Source: Balanoglossus misakiensis
Taxonomy: Eukaryota > Animalia > Hemichordata
Assembly (NCBI GenBank): GCA_040954595.2
Contig: CM082581.2
Span: 10,973,099 to 11,037,098, forward strand
DNA: 64,000 nucleotides
Direction: 5' to 3'
Part shown: piece after piece, positions 1 through 12,700 of the stretch
Position numbering within the stretch: the stretch's first letter is position 1
How the letters are laid out: each line of letters opens with the position of its first letter
Notes under the pieces: generated by a model
Database searches by the model: none
What the model was told of the DNA's origin: nothing
What the model saw: only the letters and a program-made list of their open reading frames with translations
Program-made: the position numbers and the translations under genes

Positions 1-748
1 CATTTGGGTTTTACTGCACTGCAGTGTGGTTTTGTACGTAATTCAGATCAATGTCAGTCACAGGTGCAAAAAAGTAGTTGGGTCCAGTGGCCGGCGGCGG
101 CGCAGCACGATCGACAGTGACAGTGTGATCGCAATCACGAATTCTCAAGGAGCAAGATCTGCAAGATGGTCGGCGTCGCTTTCGTTTGTTGGGAGAGTCT
201 GGGCCGTTCGTAGCTCTATTACATTCATTGACACCGACACGATGATTGACCATAATACGTGTCCATGGGCCAGCTGATTACAGCAGGCTCGTCCACGGAC
301 AGCTGATCCTCACAGCTGACGGAAACGTACAGACGCCCATGAAGTGCGCCACGAGCGGCAGAGTCACTCGAACGTTTATAAACAAGCTCCTGTTTTATAC
401 CATGCTTCCCAGGGTCAGGGATATTTCTTTCAATTCAACTGGACAATCAACATGGTTCCACTTGGAAAGTACTGCATGGCGTCAGTTTCAGATCCACTGC
501 TATTACTCTATCTACACTTCCATCAACATCCATACAAAGATACCACAAATTTCACTTTCGTTTGTTTAAAATCATATTTCATGATTAGTCATCTTTATTT
601 TTTTATACTAAATTTGCATATCCCTTCTCCCCAAATCACACAGATACAATTTATTTTACAAGCTTCTTTTCTGCTGGTAAATGGACAGAACATTTCCCTG
701 TTTCTCTTCAAAGGCAGAACAAAGACACAGTTTTAAAACAAGCACGGA

Positions 749-2425
749 TTATACGTTTTCATCTCCAAGCCTCCATAATTTGACTTCTCCATCGTCACTA
801 CAGGAGGCTAAAAGTCCTGCATCCTTTGGGTTCCAGGCAACTGCGTTGACGTCATCAGAGTGAGCTTTGTTTGTAACAGAGACCAAATCGAACGATGGCT
901 GGTTGCGGGAGTCTACCACTGACTCGTCCTCCTTGAAAATACGTATTGCATCATCCCCTGATGATGTTGCTATGCAACCAGTTAAATGGCACCTGGACAA
1001 AAGGAAGAAAAGGAAAGGCTGGGTTATTTTTCTTCAGAAAGCAATGTCAACTTCTGATCAAATGTAGACAATCAATTTACATGTCCATATATGGTAAAAA
1101 GGACACATATTGAACACAACCTATTTCAAGTTTCATCTTTGATGGGACACACTGGTAAAAAGATGATGAGAGAGGAGATGCAGACGGCCAATTTGGACAG
1201 AAATACCCACCACGCAATGTCATATACAGTCCTGCTGTGGTACCCTTGGATTGTACACACACACTTCCAGGTCGAGGTGTTTCCTGTGGTTGGTATGCCT
1301 GAAATAGACACACACAACAGTATCAGTTAATCCCTCCATATAGCATTGTAACTAATGGTAAGTTAGCCAGTGAGCTGACCTCCCATGACCTCTGTATGTA
1401 TGTACATATAAAAACATTCCAACCCTCTTTTCAAGTGAATGTACAAGTACATACCCTCTGGATTGCCCGGTGTATACTCCTGCCAAATTTTCACAGTTCT
1501 GTCATCGCTGCACGATGCGAGCCTGTCCCCCGTTTTGTTAAAACTGATGCTCCAGACCGTTGACTGGTGACTGTCCAGTGTGGCAAAACAACTCCAGTCA
1601 TCGTCTTCTTCATAGAACAGTTTCACTGTGTTGTCATAACTTGCTGATGCCAAAATCTGAAGGTATGCAAAGATATCGATATTCAAAAGGCCGGTTGTTA
1701 TTATTCATCATTTACTTTTCTAAAAGAATGGTTGGAGAACGCAGTATATGCGTTTTTATGGAAACATGCAGTCCCATATGTATTTATACATGTATTTCTT
1801 ATCTTTCATAGTTACACCTCTACATACCTCTTTTGATGGATGCCATAGAACCTTTTTAACGTCTTGTGTGTGGCTGCATTGCACGCTTGCACATTCATAA
1901 TCCTCATCTTCATGTTTCACTTCCCATATCCACACACTCTTGTCCCGACTGCAGGTAGCCAACAGTGACCCTGACACTGACCAACTCGCCGACTTGACCT
2001 CGTTTTCATGCCCTTCCAACGTAGCACTGCATTCGAATTCCCCGGTGTTTTTGTCCCAGATGCACGTTGTTGCGTCAAAACTTGTTGACGCCAGGTAGTT
2101 GCCGCACGGGGACCAAGCCACCGATCGTATCGTTCGTTGGTGGCCGTCCGCCAATATCGTCTTACAAACCCATTTCGCTCCTGTGGGAATGGATATGGAT
2201 TAAGACATGAAATATTTCTCTCGTCTCTGTCGTCCATCAAAGCACAGTTCTCCACCATCACGATCTAACGCGAATCCAAGCAAACTCACCTTCTTTCCCC
2301 CAAATCCGTATCGCTTTATCGCCTCCGCACGATGCCAACAGGGTACCCGTCGGATTCCAAGCGACGTGCCAAGCGCGATCTTGATGACCGACCAATGTAT
2401 CGACGTGCTTCAACTTACACTCCAT
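749..2425 (-). CDS. CIAO1: Cytosolic iron-sulfur protein assembly protein CIAO1/CIA1 (WD40 repeat), 5 exons, ~340 aa
   Basis: Exons 2425-2290, 2180-1828, 1656-1455, 1298-1211 and 992-749 have GT-AG boundaries and sum to 1023 nt, in frame. Translation includes [95 protein letters not shown] and [31 protein letters not shown], matching the well-known CIAO1 sequence pattern. Confidence 0.96.
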
Positions 2426-3206
2426 CGAATTTAGATCTGAAAGCCGATTCGACACCTACTTGCTGTACATGCGTCAACTATCAAGCTATCCGAACTGAGT
2501 AACGCACAACGCCGCTTTCCATCACAACACGGGCGCAGCCATTTTGAATATTTACGCCTTAATTTGTAGTGACCGTAATCGTCGTGTAGTGTTTATTCAT
2601 ATTAATAAAATTCTGTCGTCAACCGAACATTTTGATATAGGGAGAAAAGGTCAAAAGTAATTTTGTAATTGGACGTTATGATAAAACTTATATTTTGCTT
2701 ACTCAGTGAAAACTTTTTAGCATTCGAACCCAGATTCGAACCTATGACCTAGAAATAATTTTGCTTAGTGCAGTGTGAGGGCGCCGATAACCAGCTGCAT
2801 GCAGTGCCCAGTCGCCAGTACTTGTAGTGCATGCTTGAAGAACTGATAGCGTAGCATAAGCTTTACACAGCAATATTCTGACAATGTTAGGAAGTTTCTT
2901 CATCAACATGGCGTCATTTAATGACAATTATGAGGCCCTTGTGTCGTTCAATACCGGAACGATTGCACTCCACTCGTAGGCGCTAGGCCTACATGACCCG
3001 GCCTACAACACGTAGCATTAAGACAACACCTGTGACTTTGATATGCTAAACAACTTCTCAATCAAGTCACCCAATCACAAGCTTCACAAAATACACCTGG
3101 TGAATGACAGATTTCGATTGGATAGTTGTCAGCCAGTTCATTTGTCACATGGTCAGTGAGGTACCACTTCCGTCATTCGAAACTCAATCTTTGAAGTACA
3201 AACATC

Positions 3207-3730
3207 ATGGCTGAAAGTAGTGACGACAACGACCTATCCATTACCCAGAGCAGTTTCCGACAACCAAGTGAAAGTGAAGGTCATGACTGTGACGACATGG
3301 ACTGGATTTTTCCAAGATTTAGGTAGCCCCATTTACGATAACGTACATAAACCATCGGTCATGGAAAGAGACTTGACGAAAATCGAGGGTGCCTTTTCTC
3401 CTGGCTTGCAGACACCATTGCACACATCCTCTACGGTAAGTAACAGTTTCTGTCATTTTCCTCGAAAAATGTAAACTTAAAGTCATTCTATTGATTATGA
3501 AGTTTCGATAGTACGTCAGCAAAGTACTTCAGTAGTTAGTTCGTCAAAAATGAAACTTTGCGAGGTAGAAATGAAACCCCAACCAAAGGTTGAGCCCAGC
3601 GAAGAGATAACAGACAAAGATGGCCGACCCAAGTACAGTATGTGCACCTGGAAGCAGATTAGCAGACAAAATGCAGTAGCATAGATAATGTCCCATGAGC
3701 ACAAAGAGTCTTGGGCAATAACCGTTGAAC
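3207..3730 (+). pseudogene. Possible decayed coding remnant (Crypton/DUF3504-like transposon N-terminus?)
   Basis: ATG at 3207 gives MAESSDDNDLSITQSSF..., followed by frame-shifted coding-like stretches, a GTAAGT donor at 3436 and a broken P-M-S-T-K...SWAITV segment near 3690-3726. The family resemblance is from memory only. Confidence 0.25.
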
Positions 3731-6700
3731 CAACCAAAATATCACATTTTCTTACAGAAGATTTCAGAGTGAGATAAGCTCTTTCACGTCAGTTTTTTGA
3801 CGGCTTGCACCAATATATCTGCACATTTTGTGTGTGCCATCTGCACTGTCACAATAACGACTTGACTAAATTTGATTTCAACAGCATGACCTTTATCCCG
3901 ACGAATCTATCTGGCGGCTGGCAAGTAATTATATGGCGACGAATGGATACATCGCCGGACATGACGGGAATACCTATTGCTTCGGAGGTTGTTTAACGGA
4001 ATGGGCTCGAGAATCGACGAGGCTCCTTTTCATACCAAAGACTGATTGAGATAAGATGGGTGAGTGTTGCTTCGACTTTTCTTTTTAATGTAGTAGGCCA
4101 ACGCGAAGTAAAAGGAACGGAAGGTGGGATGGTGCCCTTTGTATGAGAATTGGAAAATAACACCTGACGTCCCGTTTCGGGGAGGGCTAGAAGGCCCGTC
4201 GGGCAAGTACTCTGTAAAACCGCACTGCAAATCTAATGTACACGCTTAGTGTGGCCGTCTGGGCGCCGAATTTCTCTTTATCTCGCACAAATATCGATAC
4301 TTGGGGTTTGCTTGGGGACACAAACGGTCGACTCGTCGGCCCATCAAATCTCAACGACTCCTACTCGGGCCATCAAATGCTCGAAAGAGCTCTTTGGGTC
4401 GACAAATACACTCATTGCTGTCTCGATTGCCGCGGCGCCGATAGTGATTCTTGGCGGAGATCCCGCGAATTACGCAATGACACATTTTTCCCAGATTGGC
4501 TTTAATTTCAAGGATCTTAAAAAATAATACTATCACATTACAAGTAGTATAGATTCTGCGAAACCTAAGTAACCACTACGACCCTTTTGTAAAGCGCCCT
4601 CTGTGTACAAAAACGGATATGAATACAGCACATCTGTTGTACCATTTACACTCACTGGCAGATACGCCCATATTGTCTGTTGACTAAAGCGTTTCCCTAA
4701 AGTTCATTTATGTCAGGTAAATATTGAACCTGGTCTTTAAGATTGCCGTTTTGGAGAAAAAGCGAGTACACAAACATAAAACCGCGCTGCTGTATGAAAA
4801 AAGCATACACAGTTCTACAAAACTCGCATTTCAGAATTGTATTTATTTCGTCGTCTTGGCACCCAGACAACAGAAAGCTGATTAAATTCTAACGATGGGG
4901 AATACTGTGTCGTCCAAACTAATGGCGCGCAATATCTAACTGCCGCATTAATATCCCGAAGCTATGGGTTTCTATTGTCTGCAGGGAGGATACGATGAAC
5001 ATGAAAATATAAAAGAGGATTAGGACTAGCGGCATCTACAGAAGTGACGCTGAACCATTTGGGCGGGGAAAGCGGGGAAAATATGACAATTATTTTACGA
5101 CCGTAAATCACATTTCCGCGAAAATGAAGGCACAAATCAAGGTTACGATTCAGTACGATGGACCCATAAATTGCAATCACATGGTAGTAACTGTGCCATG
5201 CTAAAAGACATAGACGCTGCATGATGCAACGCCGCGAAATCGATCAGAAATAAATCAAACGATGTATGTGGGGCAAAAGCTCGTTGAGAAAACTGAAGTC
5301 AGCCCTTCCTTTGATTGCAATAACAAAAGTTGGACAACTAATGCAATTTTGCGCAGTATTAGATAATTTGCCCGCCGCTTGTGTCAATAAAATGGCTAGG
5401 CCAGCGTGAGAAGTGTGTGAAAGGACGATACGTCACCGCATAGTGTTATAATTAAATTGTCGGTGTGAATTTTACAACCGTCAAATCATTTGGCGCGGTT
5501 TATAAATATTTAGGGTCAGCATTTTTATCACCCTTGCAGATAACACTTCCCAAAGGAATTGGGCGAGTTACATTTTCAGAAAATACAATTAATATGACCG
5601 CGAGGTATGTACGCCGTATCCACATCAGACTAAGCGCCTACATGTAGTACCTTTGTAGTAGAGATTGTTTGTCTGTTTGATGGCGATGATATATTATGAA
5701 GTATCTTTCAATAGACTGCTCGAAGTAGTATCCACATGTATTATTCGGATATATTTGTATTTATGAGGTAGTTGGGGCTTTATTACTCAACGGTAAATTT
5801 GAGGCTGGCGGGAAACGACTCTGATGATGTGGTGCACGGCTGGGGCGGGAGTCATCAAATCGGGGATCATGGATAAGTTTCTAAAGCCAACGAAGGATTA
5901 TCCTCGTTGCGCGCACAGTACATGAAAGCATTGGATTATCGGATTATATTTTATGCTTTCAAGTTCGATGGGCTGCGGGATGTGCCGAAAGGAATTACAA
6001 ATTCAGTGTAGCTTACTAAATTACTGTTGAACATAATTCTTGACTATTGGTCACTTATTTCCATACGACTATAACGGAATACATTGGAAATTGCGAGTAT
6101 AAGAATCTTAATCGGTCATCGATATTTGATTTCATTTAATATTTAGATTTGAAACATGATATTTGGAATATTGTAGTCTACAGTTTATATAATTTAAATA
6201 TTGAACTGCGGTTTGCATCGTCAGGTTTCCCTTTACGCATGCGCTGCTTACACACTTAGACATCACAGTCACATCTCCCCGTCGTGACGTCATTTCCGCA
6301 ACCCCTCTGGCACTTCTCAGCGACTTGTGCATGCGTCATTCTCCATCGCACTGCCAGCGAACGATTCGCGTTCCTCTGTAAATACAAATGGAGGTAGACA
6401 AATTCCAATCCCCCCCGTGTCAAGTTGAGTGTGTTCACTCGCGACAGAATTCATGCCACCATGATGACACCATTCGCGCCACGTCGAAGAAAATAAGAGT
6501 CTAACGCAAAATCATCCTTTTCCCGTCGCGTTGTCGTGATTTGCCCGATCCCCCTCTAGTCAATTTAATCTGAGGAAAACCCGGAAGCTAAACGCATAAA
6601 ATGACTTTACATTACTCGACAAAGGTTAGGCATCACATACCACGAACCGTGTTTTATAATATGTTGTCAAATTCAATCGACACATCCTGTTTTCGCAGTC

Positions 6701-9700
6701 AAGAACATTAGCCGGTACGCAGGACAGGAAATAAATTAAAAACCGACATTTTTGTGCATTGGAATTCTCCTGAGAGGCGTCTCTTAACATTTGGTCAAGA
6801 GAAAGTTCTCAATAGTTTGTGTGAGTTATTGGAAATTTTGTTAATTGTGACTAAGTCAGCCAGCAAACAGATGATAAACACTCGTCATTTTTAGCACTAT
6901 AGAATGGCAATATACACGTTTGTTATTTGGCTTGGCCTCGTATGAACTGCGATGTCGAAGACTGGAAGTCGTGAGCAAGCAGTAATTACTTGTCGCTGGA
7001 GGCGTTGTTTGGCAATTCAACAGGGGGCTTTCCTTCTTCATGATCTTGGTCGTTGGTATTCCAATTTCTCGTTATTGTGTTATGAGGTCACTGAGAGGCA
7101 TACACGCAGAGAAACAGAGATGTTGTGGATAATAGGAAACAGTCGCGCGAAATGATGACATATTTGTTCAACCGTTAACGTCAAGTGCATACATATATCA
7201 CTGTTTCGCAGAGCCAAATCTAACAAGCGTTGACACATTTTCACTATGGTTGTGAATAAGATAGCAGTACAGATTAAACATTCCAACAATTGATGGTATC
7301 GATGTTAATCAGGAAGTGCGCAACGATGAACCTGACGTTTTTACTCAAGCAATTATACATTTTTAGATACTAGTGATATATATATTCGCCCAGTCCATTA
7401 ACAAAGCAAACACTGAAAGCCGAGATGAGATCTGGGTCACACTTCCGCACGCGGCGGATGGATCCAGGCGTCAGCTGAGACTGTGATATCGAAACAATGG
7501 CGCGTAGCATTGAATGGGTGGGGGCGGATCACCGCCAGGTAAAGAGAAAGAAGGACCGGGCTTGCACGGCTCGGATATTCTTCGTCGGAAGGCAGCGAAC
7601 CGTTTGCTCATGGTCTGAGGATGTGATTTCAGTGTACGAGAGCATGTGACTGCCTCCCGGCGACTGGGATGTGCTCGTGCCCAAACGTGATTTGCCCAGT
7701 CATCGCATGTCAAACCAAATTGTCGGGCTGGCCGGAAAATGTGTGGAAATAACGTTAACATTCAATCGGTGCAAACGATCATGTCAGGTGTAAGGTTGCC
7801 CGGTTCGTGAGATTTTGAACGCCTACGCCATTTAACCCCAAATTAGCTTGCATCAGTTCTCCACTTTCCTATCGTTAAACACCCACTCCTTAATGCCCAG
7901 AAGTGTCAGTAAACACTATTTTGACATACTGATGATAGTATATAGATACATTAGATATAAAATAAATTAGAAATATCAACATCTCAAATGGCGAATCATG
8001 AAAAAAAAAACTGTCACTGCTTCCAATTATACGGGTGAGGAATTTTCATGGTCGAAATAGCCATTTCGTTCAAAGGGAAACGCTTTATAAGTTGCTCCCC
8101 TCTCCAAATTCAGGTCACATGGTCAGATAAAAACATTTTATTGCCTAGCATGATTCAAGCACACGCCGCGGCAGGATTCCACGGGTCAAAGACTGCTCCC
8201 ATACACCCACACCAGGTGGCAGTGATGTTCAACGCAGTGAAAACGATGTTTCCGTTGGCACCCTGCGTCATTTTGACTCGTCGGGCGAAACGACGCGCCG
8301 TAAAACGATACCTGCATTTATGCAGAGATTTGAATTTCAAATCCTGGCGAAAAGACGTCACGACCCAAATCGACCGTGAGTGATACCTCGCGTCCGGTGT
8401 TTGGCAAACATTCCCCGTTCACTTTTAATTTCTCTTCCGCTGACCTGATCGGTTTAATATTCTCCGCCTGTTGTTTTTTCTCCCGTCAAATTGTATCTGA
8501 CAGTGACGAACGCCGCTCATTGCCGGAGCCGAGGCGGGTTTCCTTATCTGAGCGTAAATAACTTCTCACTCAATCGCCATCAAGGGAAACCAGGTTTTCG
8601 CAATTCAAGCGTTCGGAGAACAATAAAAGCACAAATTATTTCCTTCAGGGCGCCGTGAAACGCTCATCAGTTGGTACAATGTACTAGTATTCCAATCACG
8701 CTTTTCAAGCTCACGCGTGTGATCAAATGAGATCTCCCAAGTGCCAGGTTGAACGGCCAGTTCCGCGACAATTGAATATAATAGTTTATATGTTGGAAAA
8801 GCGTGTTGGGTGAGAATGGATCTCGCATTAACGAGCAATTTGCATGCAAATAAAGGCAATACATCACGACTTGAAATTAGCAATTCATCAAGACTATCTG
8901 CACTAAACTCGATCTCACTTCAAAGGCATATCAGTGATACAGGTAATGAACACGTGATGAAGTTTGAAAGTGTTGATAAAATTCCCTTGTTATTTAATGA
9001 AGAATGGTTTTGTTGGCAAGGGTGGCGATGGTTACTGTGAGAAAACGCGGCGCCGAATTTGTAAACAGTGTAAACCGAGACAGCTCACACCGTCAAAAAA
9101 CATCGCCGTATTACCCAAGCAGGCAAACAAACGAGAACTCGATCCGCGCTGCCGTGACATCAGGTACAAGTACGTCAAGACACGTGTTGAATGTCAAGCC
9201 GTCGCTGAATAACACCCGCGCATGCAGGAAGCCTCCCCTCGGGAACGGTGATCAATAATAACATGTGTTTGACTGATGATTGTGGCAAACACAACCCGTG
9301 CACTCAATTTAATTAACCAACTCACAAGGGGTATGCGGTTGTTCCCCCATCCACAAGGCGAAGAAATTTAATTTCCATTTGTTAATGTTTATATTGTACG
9401 CCTTTCCCTCGGGGTGGCCTGTCGTAAATGTGTGCATATATGCGTACATACCTTTCGAAGGCGGCGTCGACATTGCGACTGAATACTAGTAGTCAAATTT
9501 TATTCTTGGCTTTCGCCATATTTCTTTGGACTCGGCGTTTGGCTCGGACACTTGTTGCTTGTATTCGCGTCATTTAATTTGACAATTTTATTGCAAGCAT
9601 TCTTATATTGAAGCTGACAATATCACAAGACGACAGCAATGACGTCGGTTCCCGTATTCTTGTGCTTGTCGGTGAAATCAGCGACAGCCGTCAGCAAAGC

Positions 9701-12700
9701 TGTCAGGCGAAACCAGTAGCTGTACTTTAGGAATTAAACGAAATATTTCCCATCGCAAAATAAGCCCTAGCAGAAGAATGGAACGGCAAAGATGGATTAT
9801 GTTCCCGCGATAGTTTTCACAATGGCATGGCTTACAAGTTCGATACAATGCCACGATCGTAAAAGTGAGGCTTTCTCCAAATATCTTTGTCACGTTTTTC
9901 AGACAGAATACGGAAATGAAATTAATCCGGACACAAAGGGATCTTCGTTGGGATTTTTGTGCTCGTGACGAACACATTTTACGACATTTTTTTTAAACAA
10001 AGGCTGCTACCCTTGTACGAAAATACGAAAGACACCCCCAGCGCATAGATTTTACTGATTTCATTATGTTGTGAAGCACCTTTAAGGTGGTGTATAAAAT
10101 TTGGACAACCACTGAATACGTCCCCGTGTATTGAATGTTGTGTTATTGCAATTGTAGATATTCACCAATATAGTTCTGCCAGGCATGTTCTACGAGCAGT
10201 TATTTTGGACATATTTCCCCGATTTCTTTTTATTTAATGAGAAAAACCTAGAGACAAGTGACATGACTGCAAAATACCTCTCAATTCAGTCAGATCTATT
10301 TTAGACCACTTCGAAATACTTAGGTCTGTTCAAATAGGCAATTTATTTAAAGTACAAGGAACTGTGGTGCCTGGTGCTCTAGTACTATAGGCATCTGGAG
10401 AACTTGTAGTGTCAATAATGTGAATACCCCCCCCCCCCGTCTACAAGTGCCAGAACTAGTGCGCAAATTAGTGGGTCCACCTAAGTTGTTTGATGGATGA
10501 GTTAATGGGCAGCTGAAATGTTTTTAACTAAACGCTTTGAATTCTAATCTTGAAGTGTGCGATATGATAGCGAATGGTTTTAAAGCAATGGTGACGTCAC
10601 GTTTTACCGCTGAATGTCAGGCAGGGCAGAAGGTCATCTTGATGTCATCAGCAGAGTCATTTTTCATTCAACTTTGCAGCCGCATCCGTATGCAAGCACG
10701 GGTTCTCTAACTTCATATCATGATAATCGAGCCTATTAGTTGGATAGGTCTAACTTGTGACTGCAAACAGTATCTTGTGATTTGTGTACACAACCACTTG
10801 CTTCCTCGTGCAGGCGCCATCGTCATTTAAAATCCTATAGCAAAAGTGGGAGATGAGTTCAGAGAGGTAAAACAAAAATACCTGGTCATTATGATTACTC
10901 AAAGTGTGCAAAGTCTCCTCCCCGTGGCTTCTTTTACAATCGAAGTTTTCATCAGAGAATAGGAAAGGTCAATAAAATAGACCCCACTCATGTTTTATGC
11001 ATAGGATATTATTTTCAAAAATAACCCAGATAAATTGGAAACGATACCCATGATACAAGTACATGGTACAAGATTTGTCACAGACAACGCTTAATTTCTC
11101 TTATTCGTTGTACCATCTGAAAATCTTTTTTTGTTTGCAAGAATCAGTCACAGGTAAATTTCAGGTCAAACTCCTCGCTATTCACCGTTGACCGATTTAC
11201 GCAAGAATCGCGACGATTGCTGTACGATTGTGAACGAGACTACGGGCACCGAAAGAGCCTTCCCCGGACTCTAGGTGTGCGCGAAGCCGAGCAGTAGAAT
11301 CACCGGGACCCGTGGAGGTGATCGTGGCACCCACAGACGGGGCAGATCTGTTGATGGTGCGCGCGCGCCCGAGGCCACGCAGACTAATTATCCGACTCAG
11401 GGTCCCAACACAATCTGATCCGAGCCGTAAAACACCCTTCGAGGAAAACTCATCATTTGGAGTTTGTGCTTTGAAAAGCACCGCGTCACCGGGCTACTGA
11501 TGGATATCTGGGCAGCGGAGGTCGTTTTGTAATATTGTGCTCCGGGGTGCTTTGAAAATGAACGAGTCGGAACCGCGGTGGGACAAGTCTAGAAGAGTTC
11601 AGTCACGGTTTCAACATTCATCACTTCGAGATCGTGTTGAAAACGGCGAAGTGCGTGTGAGGATCGTAAATCTGACCATGCATAGTCGGAAGTCTCGCCG
11701 AAGAAATCACGCGGGCCGCACCCTAGTTGCTATTAAATGCGAGGAACGGCTACAGATAGTTACAGAGGGGCATATAGCCTAAGTATCTTATTCTCCTGAA
11801 ACTCTACCATTTAGACCTAATTTTAAGACGCCTTGTTACGTGTGATATGTCGGTAGAAGACTGACCCCTATAACTTCTCTAGCTCCTGTTTCCCAGGTGT
11901 CCCTTACATTATGTAAATATGTATCGATTAGCGAATCCACGCTCTCTGATGAGTCTTGCTGGAAAGTGTTACATGGCTACCGCTGCCTTGAGATATAGTG
12001 CGCCCTCTGGCCTAAGTGGTTGCTCATGAAAAACGGTGTGGTCGCCCACCGTTTGAGCGATTTACACGATTTTCCAGGATTTTAGTCAATTATTAAATAA
12101 TGCGCTTCCATTAACCAAGTTTCGATTGTCTGGAGCACACCACGCAATAATTTAGAGTGGGTTAATGAAATATTGCATGCTGAGCACACCGCGATATTTT
12201 CGGCCTTTTCTTCAGGAACGGAATCCGCGGGAAGCCCGTCGATTCACTTGGACGTATATATCTGGTGAATACACACGTCTTAGAGGTGATGGATAGCGTG
12301 ATTTGTAGTAGTTTAGCAGCACGTGCCTGTCGCAGTCAAGAACCCGTATCAGATTAGAGGCTCTTAATGACAGGGTTTTAGAAGCGGTTGCTTAATGGCT
12401 TCTAAGTACCTTCAGGATAAAGCCATTCAAAGATGAGAAGACGCGATAAGACTTTCCCAGGCAAAAATCTACTAACCGAGAGAATCTGCAGAACATGTAG
12501 GCACGGTAGATTTGCTTTTCTAAGGAGTCGAATAATATCATATTAAGGGAACTACGCAATACTGTCGCTGCATCGGCAATACTGCCAGCGTCGAATAAAA
12601 GGCCTCCGTGCAAGAAAATCTACTTGGGGGATTTTCTTTCTTTTCAACTTCACTTCAGCAGTTAATCTCGCCAAGAGAAGCGAGCTTATACGTTTGACTG

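Noticed and set aside
1-740. Overlapping short ORFs at the window start (11-253, 26-277, 246-569, 344-736)
   Set aside because: No recognisable domain in any frame. This could be the tail of a neighbouring gene or CIAO1 3' flank, but it cannot be supported from this window.
2720-2745. Doubled TTCGAACC (tRNA B-box-like on the minus strand)
   Set aside because: No cloverleaf or A-box could be built; at most a SINE fragment.
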